Virus record (IMG/VR): IMGVR_UViG_3300045988_120652
Strand: one strand, 5' to 3'
DNA from: a virus
DNA length: 64,000 nt
In this document: one piece after another, positions 33,534 to 43,900 of the stretch
Position numbering within the stretch: position 1 is the stretch's first letter
Layout: every line of letters begins with the position of its first letter
Notes under the pieces: model-generated
Database searches by the model: none
Told to the model about the DNA's origin: nothing
The model's input: the letters and a program-made list of their open reading frames with translations, nothing else
Made by a program: the position numbers and the translations under genes

Positions 33534-33753
33534 TGTCAGTCTCCTTTCCTTGAAGTTCGCACAACGTGACATATTCGTTTTGCTGAGTAAACGGATCTTC
33601 CTCGGTAATCATAAAGTTGGTTTTCCTCTCCTTAAAGCCGAGAGCGTCGAGCATTTCATAAATATCCTCGTTCTGCATACCCTTTGTCACATCCTCCGTA
33701 TCATTGATGATGGAGACCGTTCCGCGACTGTAATCTAAGATTGATATATACAT
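33526..33753 (-). CDS. hypothetical protein (75 aa)
   Basis: Start set at MYISILDY, behind a CA-rich leader. Confidence 0.45.
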   Translation of the reverse strand: MYISILDYSRGTVSIINDTEDVTKGMQNEDIYEMLDALGFKERKTNFMITEEDPFTQQNEYVTLCELQGKETDNG

Positions 33754-33767
33754 AGTGTTTTGTGTTT

Positions 33768-33983
33768 TTAAAAATCGCCCAAATCCAGTTTCATCTGCTT
33801 GAACTTCTCGACATACCATTGTTTGTATGATTTGCCCGAAATCCACCAGTCGTAGATATTTTCCGCTATTTCGTTTTCTTGCTCCTCTGTCAAGCGGTCA
33901 GAAGAGGAGTTGGAAAACCCTGGCGCTGTGAGATTCCATACACCTCTGTTTCTTATCCCCAGTTGTCGTTGGTTCGTATCCAT
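33768..33983 (-). CDS. possible small ORF, or the true C-terminus of the PAPS-reductase-like gene
   Basis: MDTNQRQ...LTEEQENEIAENIYDWWISGKSYKQWYVEKFKQMKLDLGDF. It overlaps the 3' end of 33953..35041 in another frame. Confidence 0.3.
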   Translation of the reverse strand: MDTNQRQLGIRNRGVWNLTAPGFSNSSSDRLTEEQENEIAENIYDWWISGKSYKQWYVEKFKQMKLDLGDF

Positions 33984-35041
33984 TGTTTGCAGATGCGGAA
34001 TGTCGGCATAGCTGCTCCTCGTATTCTTGAGATTTCTCCCCCCCCCCAGTCCGACTGTTTGTAGAATCGTGCCGCGTCCAGTGTCCCGGGTCTGGATTTT
34101 TGATGTAGTCGCCTGTGTCCTGAGCAATCCTCTGACGTTTCTGAGAGGCATCCAGTCCTTGCGGATGTTCCACCAGATATATTCTCTTTTGAATACCCCC
34201 CGTTTCGGATAGCCTTGATAGCCCTTATCCAGTTGCGCTTGATATGCGGATAGCGTTCATTCTCGATGCGCTTCTGCTTTGCAGACGACATAGGGCAGCC
34301 GATGCAGCCTATGCGATGCCTGCCTTCGTCGTAGAGCGAGCAATGAGGGACCTTCACCACATCATTAAGAAACTCCCATACGTCTTGCTCGGTCCAATAG
34401 ATGATGGGTGAAATCAAAAGACTCTCTTTGCCGTGTATGCAACCTAACGTCTGTTCTTTATCAGCGTTAGTGATATTCACGCCCTGCTCTTTAGATTTAC
34501 GGCGAGCACGTTTTGCCCTCTGCTCCTGTCGGTATTCGTCCAACCCGTCGAGGTCGCCGCTAAACTTTCGGTTGTTTATCTCCACCTCATTGCGCTTTGC
34601 TCGGCGCGTGCTTTCTGCCTTGCGAATACCAATTAGCGTGACCTTGCCGGCACCTGCCGTTTCCTTGTATTCCTTGCAACACCAACGCACACGCTTTGTT
34701 GGCAAAATTTGCTTCTCAACAGCGTGCTGGAAAATTGATTTGCCAGGCTTTATAAGTTCCACTTCGGGATAGTTCTTCTTTACGAAGCGTATCACTTCGG
34801 GAGGGTCAACGCTCGTAAGGTTCATGTGACTCTGGAACCTCACTCCCGCCAACTGCGTCATGTGGTAAAGAGCCTGAGAGTCCTTGCCACCACTAAATGC
34901 CAGGTAATAACCTTGCTCTGCATCATAGTTGAGAGCAATCGTTTCCGCCTTCTGCAACAGTTCCACCGAGTGAAGCATCTGCTTCCGCAATCGTGCCGAA
35001 GCTCGTTCTAATGCTTCAGCAAGTGTAATGTCTATATTCAT
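33953..35041 (-). CDS. PAPS reductase-family protein (3' end uncertain)
   Basis: YYLAFSGGKDSQALYH (PP-loop SGGKDS). Also RWCCKEYKE and IGCIGCPM. The last ~80 aa are low-complexity and cross G6 and G10 homopolymers. Confidence 0.75.
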   Translation of the reverse strand: MNIDITLAEALERASARLRKQMLHSVELLQKAETIALNYDAEQGYYLAFSGGKDSQALYHMTQLAGVRFQSHMNLTSVDPPEVIRFVKKNYPEVELIKPGKSIFQHAVEKQILPTKRVRWCCKEYKETAGAGKVTLIGIRKAESTRRAKRNEVEINNRKFSGDLDGLDEYRQEQRAKRARRKSKEQGVNITNADKEQTLGCIHGKESLLISPIIYWTEQDVWEFLNDVVKVPHCSLYDEGRHRIGCIGCPMSSAKQKRIENERYPHIKRNWIRAIKAIRNGGYSKENISGGTSARTGCLSETSEDCSGHRRLHQKSRPGTLDAARFYKQSDWGGGEISRIRGAAMPTFRICKQWIRTNDNWG

Positions 35042-35053
35042 AAATTGATTAAA

Positions 35054-35818
35054 CTAACTATTGGATTCTTCACTCTTCGTTCTTCCCTCTTCACTTTCCG
35101 TTTCCATATATTCGAAGTAATCTGGCTCCTCCGGTTTTCCTTCACTCAGCAGTTCCTCGTCCTCTATCTCCTGCAGGTTTTTTGTAGTAAGACCATACTT
35201 GCGGGCCATGCGCAGCTTCTCCTCCTCGGTGTAGTTGATGCGATCGCGCTTCACGATGCTCACGTCCTGCGTGATGGCAATGCGGCTCATATCCGGCATC
35301 TCGTCTGTAGCGTCCTTCTCCTCCTGGAAGTTGCCATACACATTAGCTAAGGCTTGCATACCCTTGTCCACTGCACGGTCGTTGTTCTGCTGTTTACCCG
35401 TGCGTATCAACCACTCGGCACTGCTCAGATACATAGCCTTATGGCGCGGGCTCTCGTCGGTCTGAAAGAAACGTATAAGATGGTTGCACACCAACACGTC
35501 GTTGTTGAGCTCCGTGACAGTACGCGGACAGATGTTACCCTCGTCGTCGAGCGTAATCTTCAGCGCAAGCACATACTCCTGCGCCTCCTTGTTGCCCTGC
35601 GCAGCCTGGTTGAAAAACATTTCATAGTCGCGCCGGGCGATATTGCGGCACACCGTCCGTGGGTCGATGTCCTTGTTTTGCACCCATCGTTTGTAAAACT
35701 CCGAGCATATCTGCATACGGTAGCGTTGCTCCAGCTTGGGGAACGCCGTCTGCATACTCGTGCCGTAGGAGAGCCACTTGTCGATGCGGGCTAATGTGTT
35801 TTGCGTAATTCCTGACAT
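35054..35818 (-). CDS. hypothetical protein; small-terminase role possible from position only
   Basis: ATG ORF and first gene of the minus-strand block that ends in terL. Acidic C-terminus. No motif recognised. Confidence 0.5.
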   Translation of the reverse strand: MSGITQNTLARIDKWLSYGTSMQTAFPKLEQRYRMQICSEFYKRWVQNKDIDPRTVCRNIARRDYEMFFNQAAQGNKEAQEYVLALKITLDDEGNICPRTVTELNNDVLVCNHLIRFFQTDESPRHKAMYLSSAEWLIRTGKQQNNDRAVDKGMQALANVYGNFQEEKDATDEMPDMSRIAITQDVSIVKRDRINYTEEEKLRMARKYGLTTKNLQEIEDEELLSEGKPEEPDYFEYMETESEEGRTKSEESNS

Positions 35819-35867
35819 AGTTTTGTGTTTTTTATATAGCCAAAGTTACAATATTCCCCGTACCCCG

Positions 35868-36015
35868 TGCGGACATGAGTTTAAGTGAAGAGTGAAAAGT
35901 GAAGAGTGAAAAATCCAATAGTTAAGTGAAGAGTGAAAAGTGAAGAGAACACATGGATTCTTCACTCTTCGTTCTTCACTCTTCGTTTTTTACTCTTCCC
36001 TTAAACCCATGTCCG
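35868..36015. repeat. large imperfect palindrome built from GAAGAGTGAA units
   Basis: The outer arms are GCGGACATGAGTTTAAG (35868-35884) and CTTAAACCCATGTCCGC (35999-36015). The interior holds GTGAAGAGTGAAAA repeats facing TTCACTCTTCGTTCTTCACTCTTCG. Confidence 0.75.
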
Positions 36016-36036
36016 CATTGCGGAGCAGTTTATCAG

Positions 36037-36044
36037 TAACTTTG
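36037..36044 (+). promoter_or_regulatory. -7 box TAACTTTG for the holin gene
   Basis: Matches TAnnTTTG, 45 nt before the ATG at 36089. Confidence 0.4.
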
Positions 36045-36088
36045 TTGTAGAAAATTCAGGATAACAACACAAAAACAACAACACAACT

Positions 36089-36613
36089 ATGCAGAACCCT
36101 TTTTATGTTTCGCGAGCCATTGCCGCAGTGCTCGGCTTGCTCTGGTGTCTCATTGAGCCATCAATCAATTTCATCACGGTGTGCTTTTTCGCCCTAATCA
36201 TCGACTGCTACACCGCCTGGCGTTGCAACCGTCGTATATACGCCAAGTATCGAGAGGAGATAAAACGCAACCCGAAGTGCAAGATGGACGGGAAGTTAAA
36301 ATCCAAGAAGATGGCGAAAATGTTGAAGATGTTTTCAGGCCTCGTTTTGTGTATAGCACTTGCTTCATATCTCGACCGTCACGTTCTGAATTACATGAAC
36401 ACCCACCTCGCTAATCAACTCACCGCCATATTCTGCCTGGTGCAGTTTGTCAGCATACTCGAAAATGAGAGCACATGCAACGGAGCGGCTTGGGCAAGAG
36501 TGCTTCAAAAGATTGTGGCAGACAAGACCGAGCGACACTTCAACGTGAAGCTGAAAGAGCTGATGAAGGATAAGGAGGAGAAGGAAGCTTCGGAGGAAAC
36601 AGCGAAAGAGTAA
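36089..36613 (+). CDS. holin (Phage_holin_4_1-like)
   Basis: Three or four hydrophobic segments. IIDCYTAW..., a KSKKMAKM loop and FVSILENESTCNG resemble the holin family's ..SI.EN.. signature. Confidence 0.6.
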   Translation: MQNPFYVSRAIAAVLGLLWCLIEPSINFITVCFFALIIDCYTAWRCNRRIYAKYREEIKRNPKCKMDGKLKSKKMAKMLKMFSGLVLCIALASYLDRHVLNYMNTHLANQLTAIFCLVQFVSILENESTCNGAAWARVLQKIVADKTERHFNVKLKELMKDKEEKEASEETAKE

Positions 36614-36617
36614 ACAA

Positions 36618-36738
36618 CTACAGAGGACACTGAGAACACAGATGTATTCATTGATAAGAACATCTGCCTCCCTTGTTTTCCATAAACATCTACATGAGCA
36701 AAAAAGATCTGTGCTCTCTGTGTCCTCTGTAGTTTTTT
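36618..36738 (+). terminator. long hairpin terminator (26-bp stem, 63-nt loop, T6)
   Basis: CTACAGAGGACACTGAGAACACAGAT (36618-36643) pairs with ATCTGTGCTCTCTGTGTCCTCTGTAG (36707-36732), matching 24 of 26. TTTTTT follows. Confidence 0.6.
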
Positions 36739-36758
36739 AATATAAAATCAGCAGTACT

Positions 36759-37352
36759 ATGACAATAAGCAATATTCTTGAGCATTGGGCTTCCATCTAC
36801 AAGCCCCTATCTCATAACCCCGAAAGCGAACGCCTCGAAGACCAAAGTTTCTTCCGCATCCGCTACATTGACCTTGAGAACATCTTTTCTCGTAACGCCA
36901 ACATCGTTCACTCGCCGTGTATGCTATACAGCGTACTGATCACCGGCGAACTCGTTGACGCAAAGAAGGCATCTGTCTCTCACCAGGTGTGGTTTCTCGC
37001 CAAAGTGAAGGACACGCCGCAGACCCTTGGCCGTTACGACGGCAACAAGATAGAGCGCACGGCCAACGACCTCACCGACTACTGCAAGGACCTCATAGCC
37101 TGGCTTCTTGAGGTGAAGCGCACAGGTCGCTGTCCCGTCACAAAGCGCAGCTTTGCCGATGATGCCGTGGTGATGGCAGAGCTGCAAAGCATCGACACCA
37201 GTTCCATCTCCTTCGGCATGGTGGGCGACATCTATGCCGGACAATGGCTCGTGGTGGGCATGGACTGGAAGAGCCTGCAACCGCTATACAACTTCGCATG
37301 TGGCAGCAACGGCAAGTATATCGTGCCGAAAGAGGATGACGTAAAAGGATAG
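36759..37352 (+). CDS. hypothetical protein (197 aa), tail module by position
   Basis: ATG ORF upstream of the tape measure gene. Confidence 0.55.
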   Translation: MTISNILEHWASIYKPLSHNPESERLEDQSFFRIRYIDLENIFSRNANIVHSPCMLYSVLITGELVDAKKASVSHQVWFLAKVKDTPQTLGRYDGNKIERTANDLTDYCKDLIAWLLEVKRTGRCPVTKRSFADDAVVMAELQSIDTSSISFGMVGDIYAGQWLVVGMDWKSLQPLYNFACGSNGKYIVPKEDDVKG

Positions 37353-37363
37353 GAGGGTAGGGC

Positions 37364-37891
37364 ATGGCAAAAGCTATTCAGTCGCCCGCCTTCGATTTTC
37401 AGGACACTGCACGATGGTATCTTGGCGACGTGTTGCGTCAGCTCAAGATAAATACCGAGACACAATGTATTTACCCGAGGGAAATCTATAGCGGATTCAG
37501 AGCCGTCAATGCAGCTCGTGCGGCACGCGGACAATGGCACGCCGAAGGTGAGGGCGTTAATTCGTTCCAGGGCAGAATCGTCAATTCCACCCCCGAAGGA
37601 TGGACGTATGAGTTCACCTATAACGACTATATGCGTTTCGTCGATATGGGTGTGGGTCTTGGCACTAAGTATAACGACGTAGACAGTGCACGCAAGGCCC
37701 ATTACGCCAGACGCTACGTTAAATCATGGAAACGATATGGAGCAGGCCGCTCTCAACGTCCTGCCATTATGATGGAGCTTCGCCATCTGAAAACGCGAAT
37801 GCAAAACTATCTCGTTGACTTCTACGGATTCCAGGGTGAAGCACAGATAATTAAGGCTTTCGAGGATTCGGATATTCATATCACACTCTAA
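37364..37891 (+). CDS. hypothetical protein (175 aa), tail module by position
   Basis: ATG ORF immediately upstream of the tape measure gene. Confidence 0.55.
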   Translation: MAKAIQSPAFDFQDTARWYLGDVLRQLKINTETQCIYPREIYSGFRAVNAARAARGQWHAEGEGVNSFQGRIVNSTPEGWTYEFTYNDYMRFVDMGVGLGTKYNDVDSARKAHYARRYVKSWKRYGAGRSQRPAIMMELRHLKTRMQNYLVDFYGFQGEAQIIKAFEDSDIHITL

Positions 37892-37911
37892 CAACACAAA
37901 ACAGTAAAACA

Positions 37912-40900
37912 ATGGCAACACAAAAATTAGCAAAAGTAGTAATCACGGCCAATGCCTCTACAGCCAAGAAGGTATTGGAAGAGATTGACGCTCTTGTGCA
38001 GAAATATACTGCCGACATTCAGAAGATGACTGCCGCAGGACAGGCTAATACGGCTGAATGCAAGCAAGCAGAACGCACGCTAAAGGCTCTCTCGCAAGTA
38101 CAGCGTGACAATATCGAGGACACGAAGCGATTGGGCGAGGTGGTGCAAGACCTTGCCAATACTAAACTGCGTGATCTTCGCCGTGCTATGGGTTCGGGCA
38201 AGTCGGCTCTCGCAGGTCTTACTGGCTCGGATGCCGACCTAAAGAGGGCAGAGCAGATACGAAGCGAGATGAAGCAGGTGGGCGACCAAATGCGCCTTAT
38301 CGAAGGTCAATACGTCAAGATTGCCGACGGACTAAAGAACGTTTCCAATCAGTCAGACCAGTGGCTCGACAAGGCTATCAAGCAACAGCGCGACCTTGTT
38401 GGTTCATTGGAGAAATCGGATGCCGGTTATCAGAAGAACCTCTCTATACTGAAGCAGCTGGAAGCTGAGGAGGATAGACGCAAGGGCAAGATGGGCATTG
38501 TGGAAGCTCGTCAGACCGTAACCAGTCAAAACGCTTCGGCATCCGATTTGCGCCGAGCCAAGACCACGCTTACTGAGGCTCGTGACAATACTCCTACAGC
38601 AAATACTGGCGACATTGCGCAATACAACAAAGAGCTCCAGGAGATAGAGAAGCGGCTGGAGGCTGTGTCGGGTAAGACTCAGAAAGCATCAATGAGCTGG
38701 AAGCAGATGAAGCAGGTATTGGCTGAGCCTAACAAGGCTTCGGGCGAAGACATCAAGCGCACGATGGAAGTGATACAGCAGAAGATACAGCAACTTCCTG
38801 CTGGCAGCAAGTATGTGGCTGACCTCCGTCGCCAATACTCGATGCTTGAACAGACTCTCAAGGGTACCCGTATGTCGCAGAGCGCTCTCAACGACATTCT
38901 CGCCCGTAGCAAGCAAGGCAAGGCTTCCCTCGATGAACTGCGTCGTGCCTACAAACAGCTTGAAGAGGAACTGAACCAAATCAATACCAAGAGCAAGGAG
39001 TTTGCTGATAGACAGAAGTCTATGAAGGAGCTAAAGAAGAACATCGACGAGGTGACGGGCGCAGCCAACAAGCAGGGCGGAGCATGGCATACAGCCCTGA
39101 AGAACCTCACGGCATACGTTGGATTGTTTGCGATGTTCAACAAGGCGAAAGACCTTGTGACGGGTGCCATCAAGAAGAACTTGGAGTATTCAGGTTCGTT
39201 GACCGACATCCGTAAGGTTTCTGGCTTGACGATGGAGCAGGTAAAGCAACTATCTACTGAGTTGGCCAAAATAGACACCAGAACAAGCGTGGATGGACTG
39301 GCACAGCTCGCGTATGAGGCATCTAAGCTCGGCGTAGGAAAGTACGGAGTGGAAGGTATGGCTCAATTTGTAAGAGCCGCCGATAAAATTAACGTAGCAA
39401 TCGGCGAGGAAATGGGAGAAAAGGCCCTCCCCTCATTGCTGAAGATGACGGAAGTGTTAGGTCTTATTCCGAAGATGGGACTTGAGAAATCCATTGAAGC
39501 TGTAGGATCTTCCATGTTTAAGTTGGCTTCTACATCTACCGCAACGAGCAACGACATTACCGAGTTTGCAAAGCGATGTACGGGTGTGGCACGAACAGCC
39601 GGAATTACAACCGACCAGTTGCTTGCCCTTGGTAGTGCGTTCAGCGCACAGATGGCTTCGCCCGAAGTTGCAGCCACCGCCATGTCTAAGTTTATCGTGG
39701 CGTTGCAGAAGAACCATAACTTAATAGAAAAAGACCTTGCCATCCCTGCCGGAACCATCAATAGCATGTATCAGGCAGGTAACGCAATGGACGCTATTGT
39801 CCTTATCCTTGAGAAGATGAAGGAGAAGGGTAATATGAACGCCCTTGGCGAAATTTTCAAAGACGTAGGCGGCGACGGTCAACGACTCATTTCTTCTATG
39901 GTTACTATGGCAAAGAACGTGGATATGCTGAAAGACCATCTCTACGAGTCACAAGAAGCCTTCAGGGAAGCCACCGCTGTAGGCAAGGAATACTCGATGC
40001 AGCAGATGAGCGCAATAGGCATTCTCGAACGTGCCAATAACCTTTGGGAGAAGGCTTTTGTCAATCCCGATGGCGTGGACGCGGTAAAGGGTATGGCAGA
40101 ATGGTGGTATGAGATGTCGAAGACCATGACAAGCAGTCCACTGCTGAAAGGTACGCTTCAAATCGCTCTGCAAATGGTATTATGGACATTGAAGGGTGTT
40201 GCAACATTACTACCAGTTATCATAGGCTACATGGCTTCGCAGGGTGTTTACTCCGGATTGAGACTTCTGTATCAGTATTTAGCGGCACTCGGTATGGCTG
40301 GAAAGGCCATGTTCCAATACGTAAGAGCTCTTTTCGCGGCTAACGCAGCGCAAAGCACGTTGAACAAAACGATGAAACTGAATCCGTGGATAGCCCTCGC
40401 GAGCATCATTATCGGTGTAGCAGGAGCTATATATGGATATACGCAACGGGCAAAGGAAGCGGCTGCGGCAGCAAAGGAAGCGCAGCGACAAGCTAACGCA
40501 TGGCGCGAAACTCTCGGACAGGCAGCGGTAGAAACGGAAAACTTAAAGGAAAAGCTCAAGAATTACAAGCGAATGATGGGCGAGGAGAACCTTTCGCAAA
40601 AGGAACGTCAAGGCCTTATATCGCGTTTCAACAGGGATTTCCGTTCGTACATCGACAACCTTGGCATTGAAATCAAAAATGTCAAGGATTTGCGCGACCA
40701 TTACTCTGAGTTGGCACAGGAGGCTGAAAAGGCTACTTACTACCGTATGCGTGAGCAAGCAAAGCAGCAGGCATTGCCTAAGTTGGACAATGACGTAAAC
40801 ACTGCGTCCAATGCGGTTATGGCGAATGTAGAGAAGTTAGGTTTGGATAAACTTGGCGTAAAGTTTGAGGATATATACCGGTGGGTAAAAGCAGGAATGA

Positions 40901-43900
40901 GTGCCAAAGACATTACTATGAAACTGGCAAAAATGCTACCAAAGGACAAGTCGGGTTTGTTTGATGGATTTAACTGGAAAATAGGAAAACATGGATATAT
41001 CTATCGTGATACCTACGACAAAAACAGAAAGGCGGGTCCTGCTTCGGATTTTCAGACACAACAGCAAATCGCCCAAATGTATAGTGATAACCTTTGGTTT
41101 GTCAATGCGTACAGAAGAAGAGGCAATACATTAAATCAAATCAACAAGGCTTACAAAAACTTTGTGGATGAAGACTACCAGTCGACTCCTCCCGAAACGC
41201 CTGGCACTCTTGACAACAACGCCAAGGATAAAGACGCAATAGCCGAAGAGAAACGAAGGGAGAACGATCAGAAACGTGCTTGGCGCGAGGATTTACAGCA
41301 GAAGCAAGACCAGGCGAAAGCTATCATGGACGATGTGGATAACTACTACGACCGTCAGATTAACGCTAAGATTGCTCAAGCCATATCTCTTAATATGGAC
41401 GAAGCCGAGCAGAAGCAGTTTGTCCTTCCCTTGAAGCAAAACAGAGAAATAGTCCGTTCGCAGGTGCGTCTTGCTGTGGCTGGCAAGGAAAACAAGTGGG
41501 AGGATGCGAAGAAGATGATGGCTGCTGATATGGTGGAGCAAGCGGACGAAACAGGTGTGAACCTTTCAAAGGATTTGCTTGACGGCATCTTAAACAACAA
41601 CATTGAGGGCCTGCATAAGCTCATGGGGGTCTTGGGCAAAAATCTTGGCATGTCAATGAGTTCCATTACAGCGCAGATTTTTGCAAAATCCACTCGTAGC
41701 GAACAGGAACTTCTGAAGATGCAGTTCAAGCAGATGGAGGCTCGCCGTAAGATTGCTATGGAGCATGACTTTACGGGCATTGTTCAGCAGAACTCGTATG
41801 ACAACTTCAACGAAATGGGGTATGCCGCGCCTACAAAGGAGGAGACTACTGTCACAAAGAAAATGGTAGACGGCAAGGAAGTTCTCGATACATCTGCTTT
41901 TGATAAGCGCAGGAAAGCCATCAAGGATATGTACGAGACAGCTCGCAAGAGTCTCGCCCAGCTCTATACCATTGATGTTTCAACAACGGATGGCAAAGGT
42001 ATGCTAATGAAGATGCTGTTCGGGGATGACCCCGACGGCATGGCTGCTCGAATTAAAGCGTCGTTGGGCGAAAGCGAAGAAAGCTGGAAGGCGTTTTATC
42101 TGAATCTTATCCAGTATTCTGACGACTATGCCGCAGCCGAGAAGAAAAAATATGACGAAGCTAAGAGAATCACTGATTTTTGGTGGTCTTCCAATAAGCG
42201 CAATCTTGCCCAACAGGAACGCATACGCAAGATGCAGAACGAGAGCAATCTTTTCGGCAAGCGTACAAACCTCCTCTCTAATCTCGGTCTTGCCAATCTT
42301 ACAGCCGACCCCGAGATAGAGCTGATGAAGGCTCGTATGCAAGCTGCCGAAGACTACTATGCCTTTGTGGAACGCAACACGAAGAACAAGCAGCTAATCG
42401 ACGAGGCAGAACGTGCCCGTCAGGAAGCCGAGCTTGCTTATGTTAATCAGATGGCTACAGCAATGAAGTCGCGTCTCTCACAGATGAAGGAACTCGTGCA
42501 GCCTATCGAGAATTTCGGTGCTGCCGTAGGACAGGCTCTCGCAGAAATGCGCTATGATGCCGAGAGCGCAAACGACGCTATCAAATCTGCCCTTAAATCC
42601 ATGCTTGAATCATGGGGTAAGATGGCTCTCAACGATGTCAACACACAGATGTGGAAAGCCATTAATGACGCAGCAGCCAAGCGAGGTAAGGATAAGGCAC
42701 AGCCCGATATTGAAGCAGCTCGTGCGAACGCAAAAGTCAATTATACCGACTTCAGCGGTATCGACTGGCATAATTTTGGCACAGAGTCTAATCCGTTGTG
42801 GGTACGCTGGACTGGTGACCATTACGAGAATAAATCGGGCGATGCTGTCTATACCAAGGAGGATGGCACACCGTTGCCTAACCCCGATGGCAGTGTTCCT
42901 CAGTCTAACGAACCTCCAAGAGCATGGAAAAAACGCCATCCCGACGGAACCATTGACGACTATAACAAGGAAATAAAAAGCCTTGGCGGGCAGATGGGCA
43001 CGTCGATGGCAGAACAGACTGGCACTGCCGTAGCCGGTGCCGTTACCGGAAATAGTGGTTTTGGCGATGCTGCCGCTGGTATTGCCATGAGTGGTGCGGA
43101 TGCTCTTCTTAACGCTCAGATTAAAAAACCTTCAAAGAGCGAAAAAGAAAAGAAGAACCAACTCAAGGAAGAGAAGAAACATCAAAAAGACCTTACCAAG
43201 GAAACAAAGAAAGGTCTCTCTGACCGTGAGAAGGCTACCGACAAGGGAGTTAAGAATATCACAAAGACAACCGAGCAGGGCAATGACGAACAAAGCAAGG
43301 GTACGGAGTTGGCGCAAAAAGGATTGCTTGCAGGAACGGAAACCTTCTTGAACACTTCTTTCCAACTGAAACAAAAGAACAATAACGAACAGGCAAAGGC
43401 TGATGCGGATCTTGCAGAACAGCAGATGACGTTCTCTATAGCTGGTGCTATTGGTAAGTGTTTCCAATTCTTAGGTCCGATTGCAGGACCTATTGCAGCA
43501 GCTGTAGTAATGTCAACCCTTACGGGATTGATGCAGTGGGCATTAAGTTCGGCTTTCAATAAGAAGAAAAGTTCGTCCAAAGGTCCAAATACGAAGGTTG
43601 TTTCCGGTATGCTCACCTACGATTCCGGCAACGTGCAGGACCTCCGTCCGTTCGTAGGCAACGATGGCAGTCTCTATTGGGCAACCGAGGACAACAAGCC
43701 ACACAACGGTGTGTCGCTCCTCACACAGCCTACGGCCACTACCATTAACGGGCATCCGTCCCTGGTAGCCGAGAATGGTCCCGAGCTGGTAATCGGACGT
43801 GAGACCACGCAAGCAATGATGATGAACAATCCTCAGTTGCTCAAGGCTCTCGTAAATTACGACCGCAACTATTCCGGTCGCCGAGCTTATGACAACGGCA

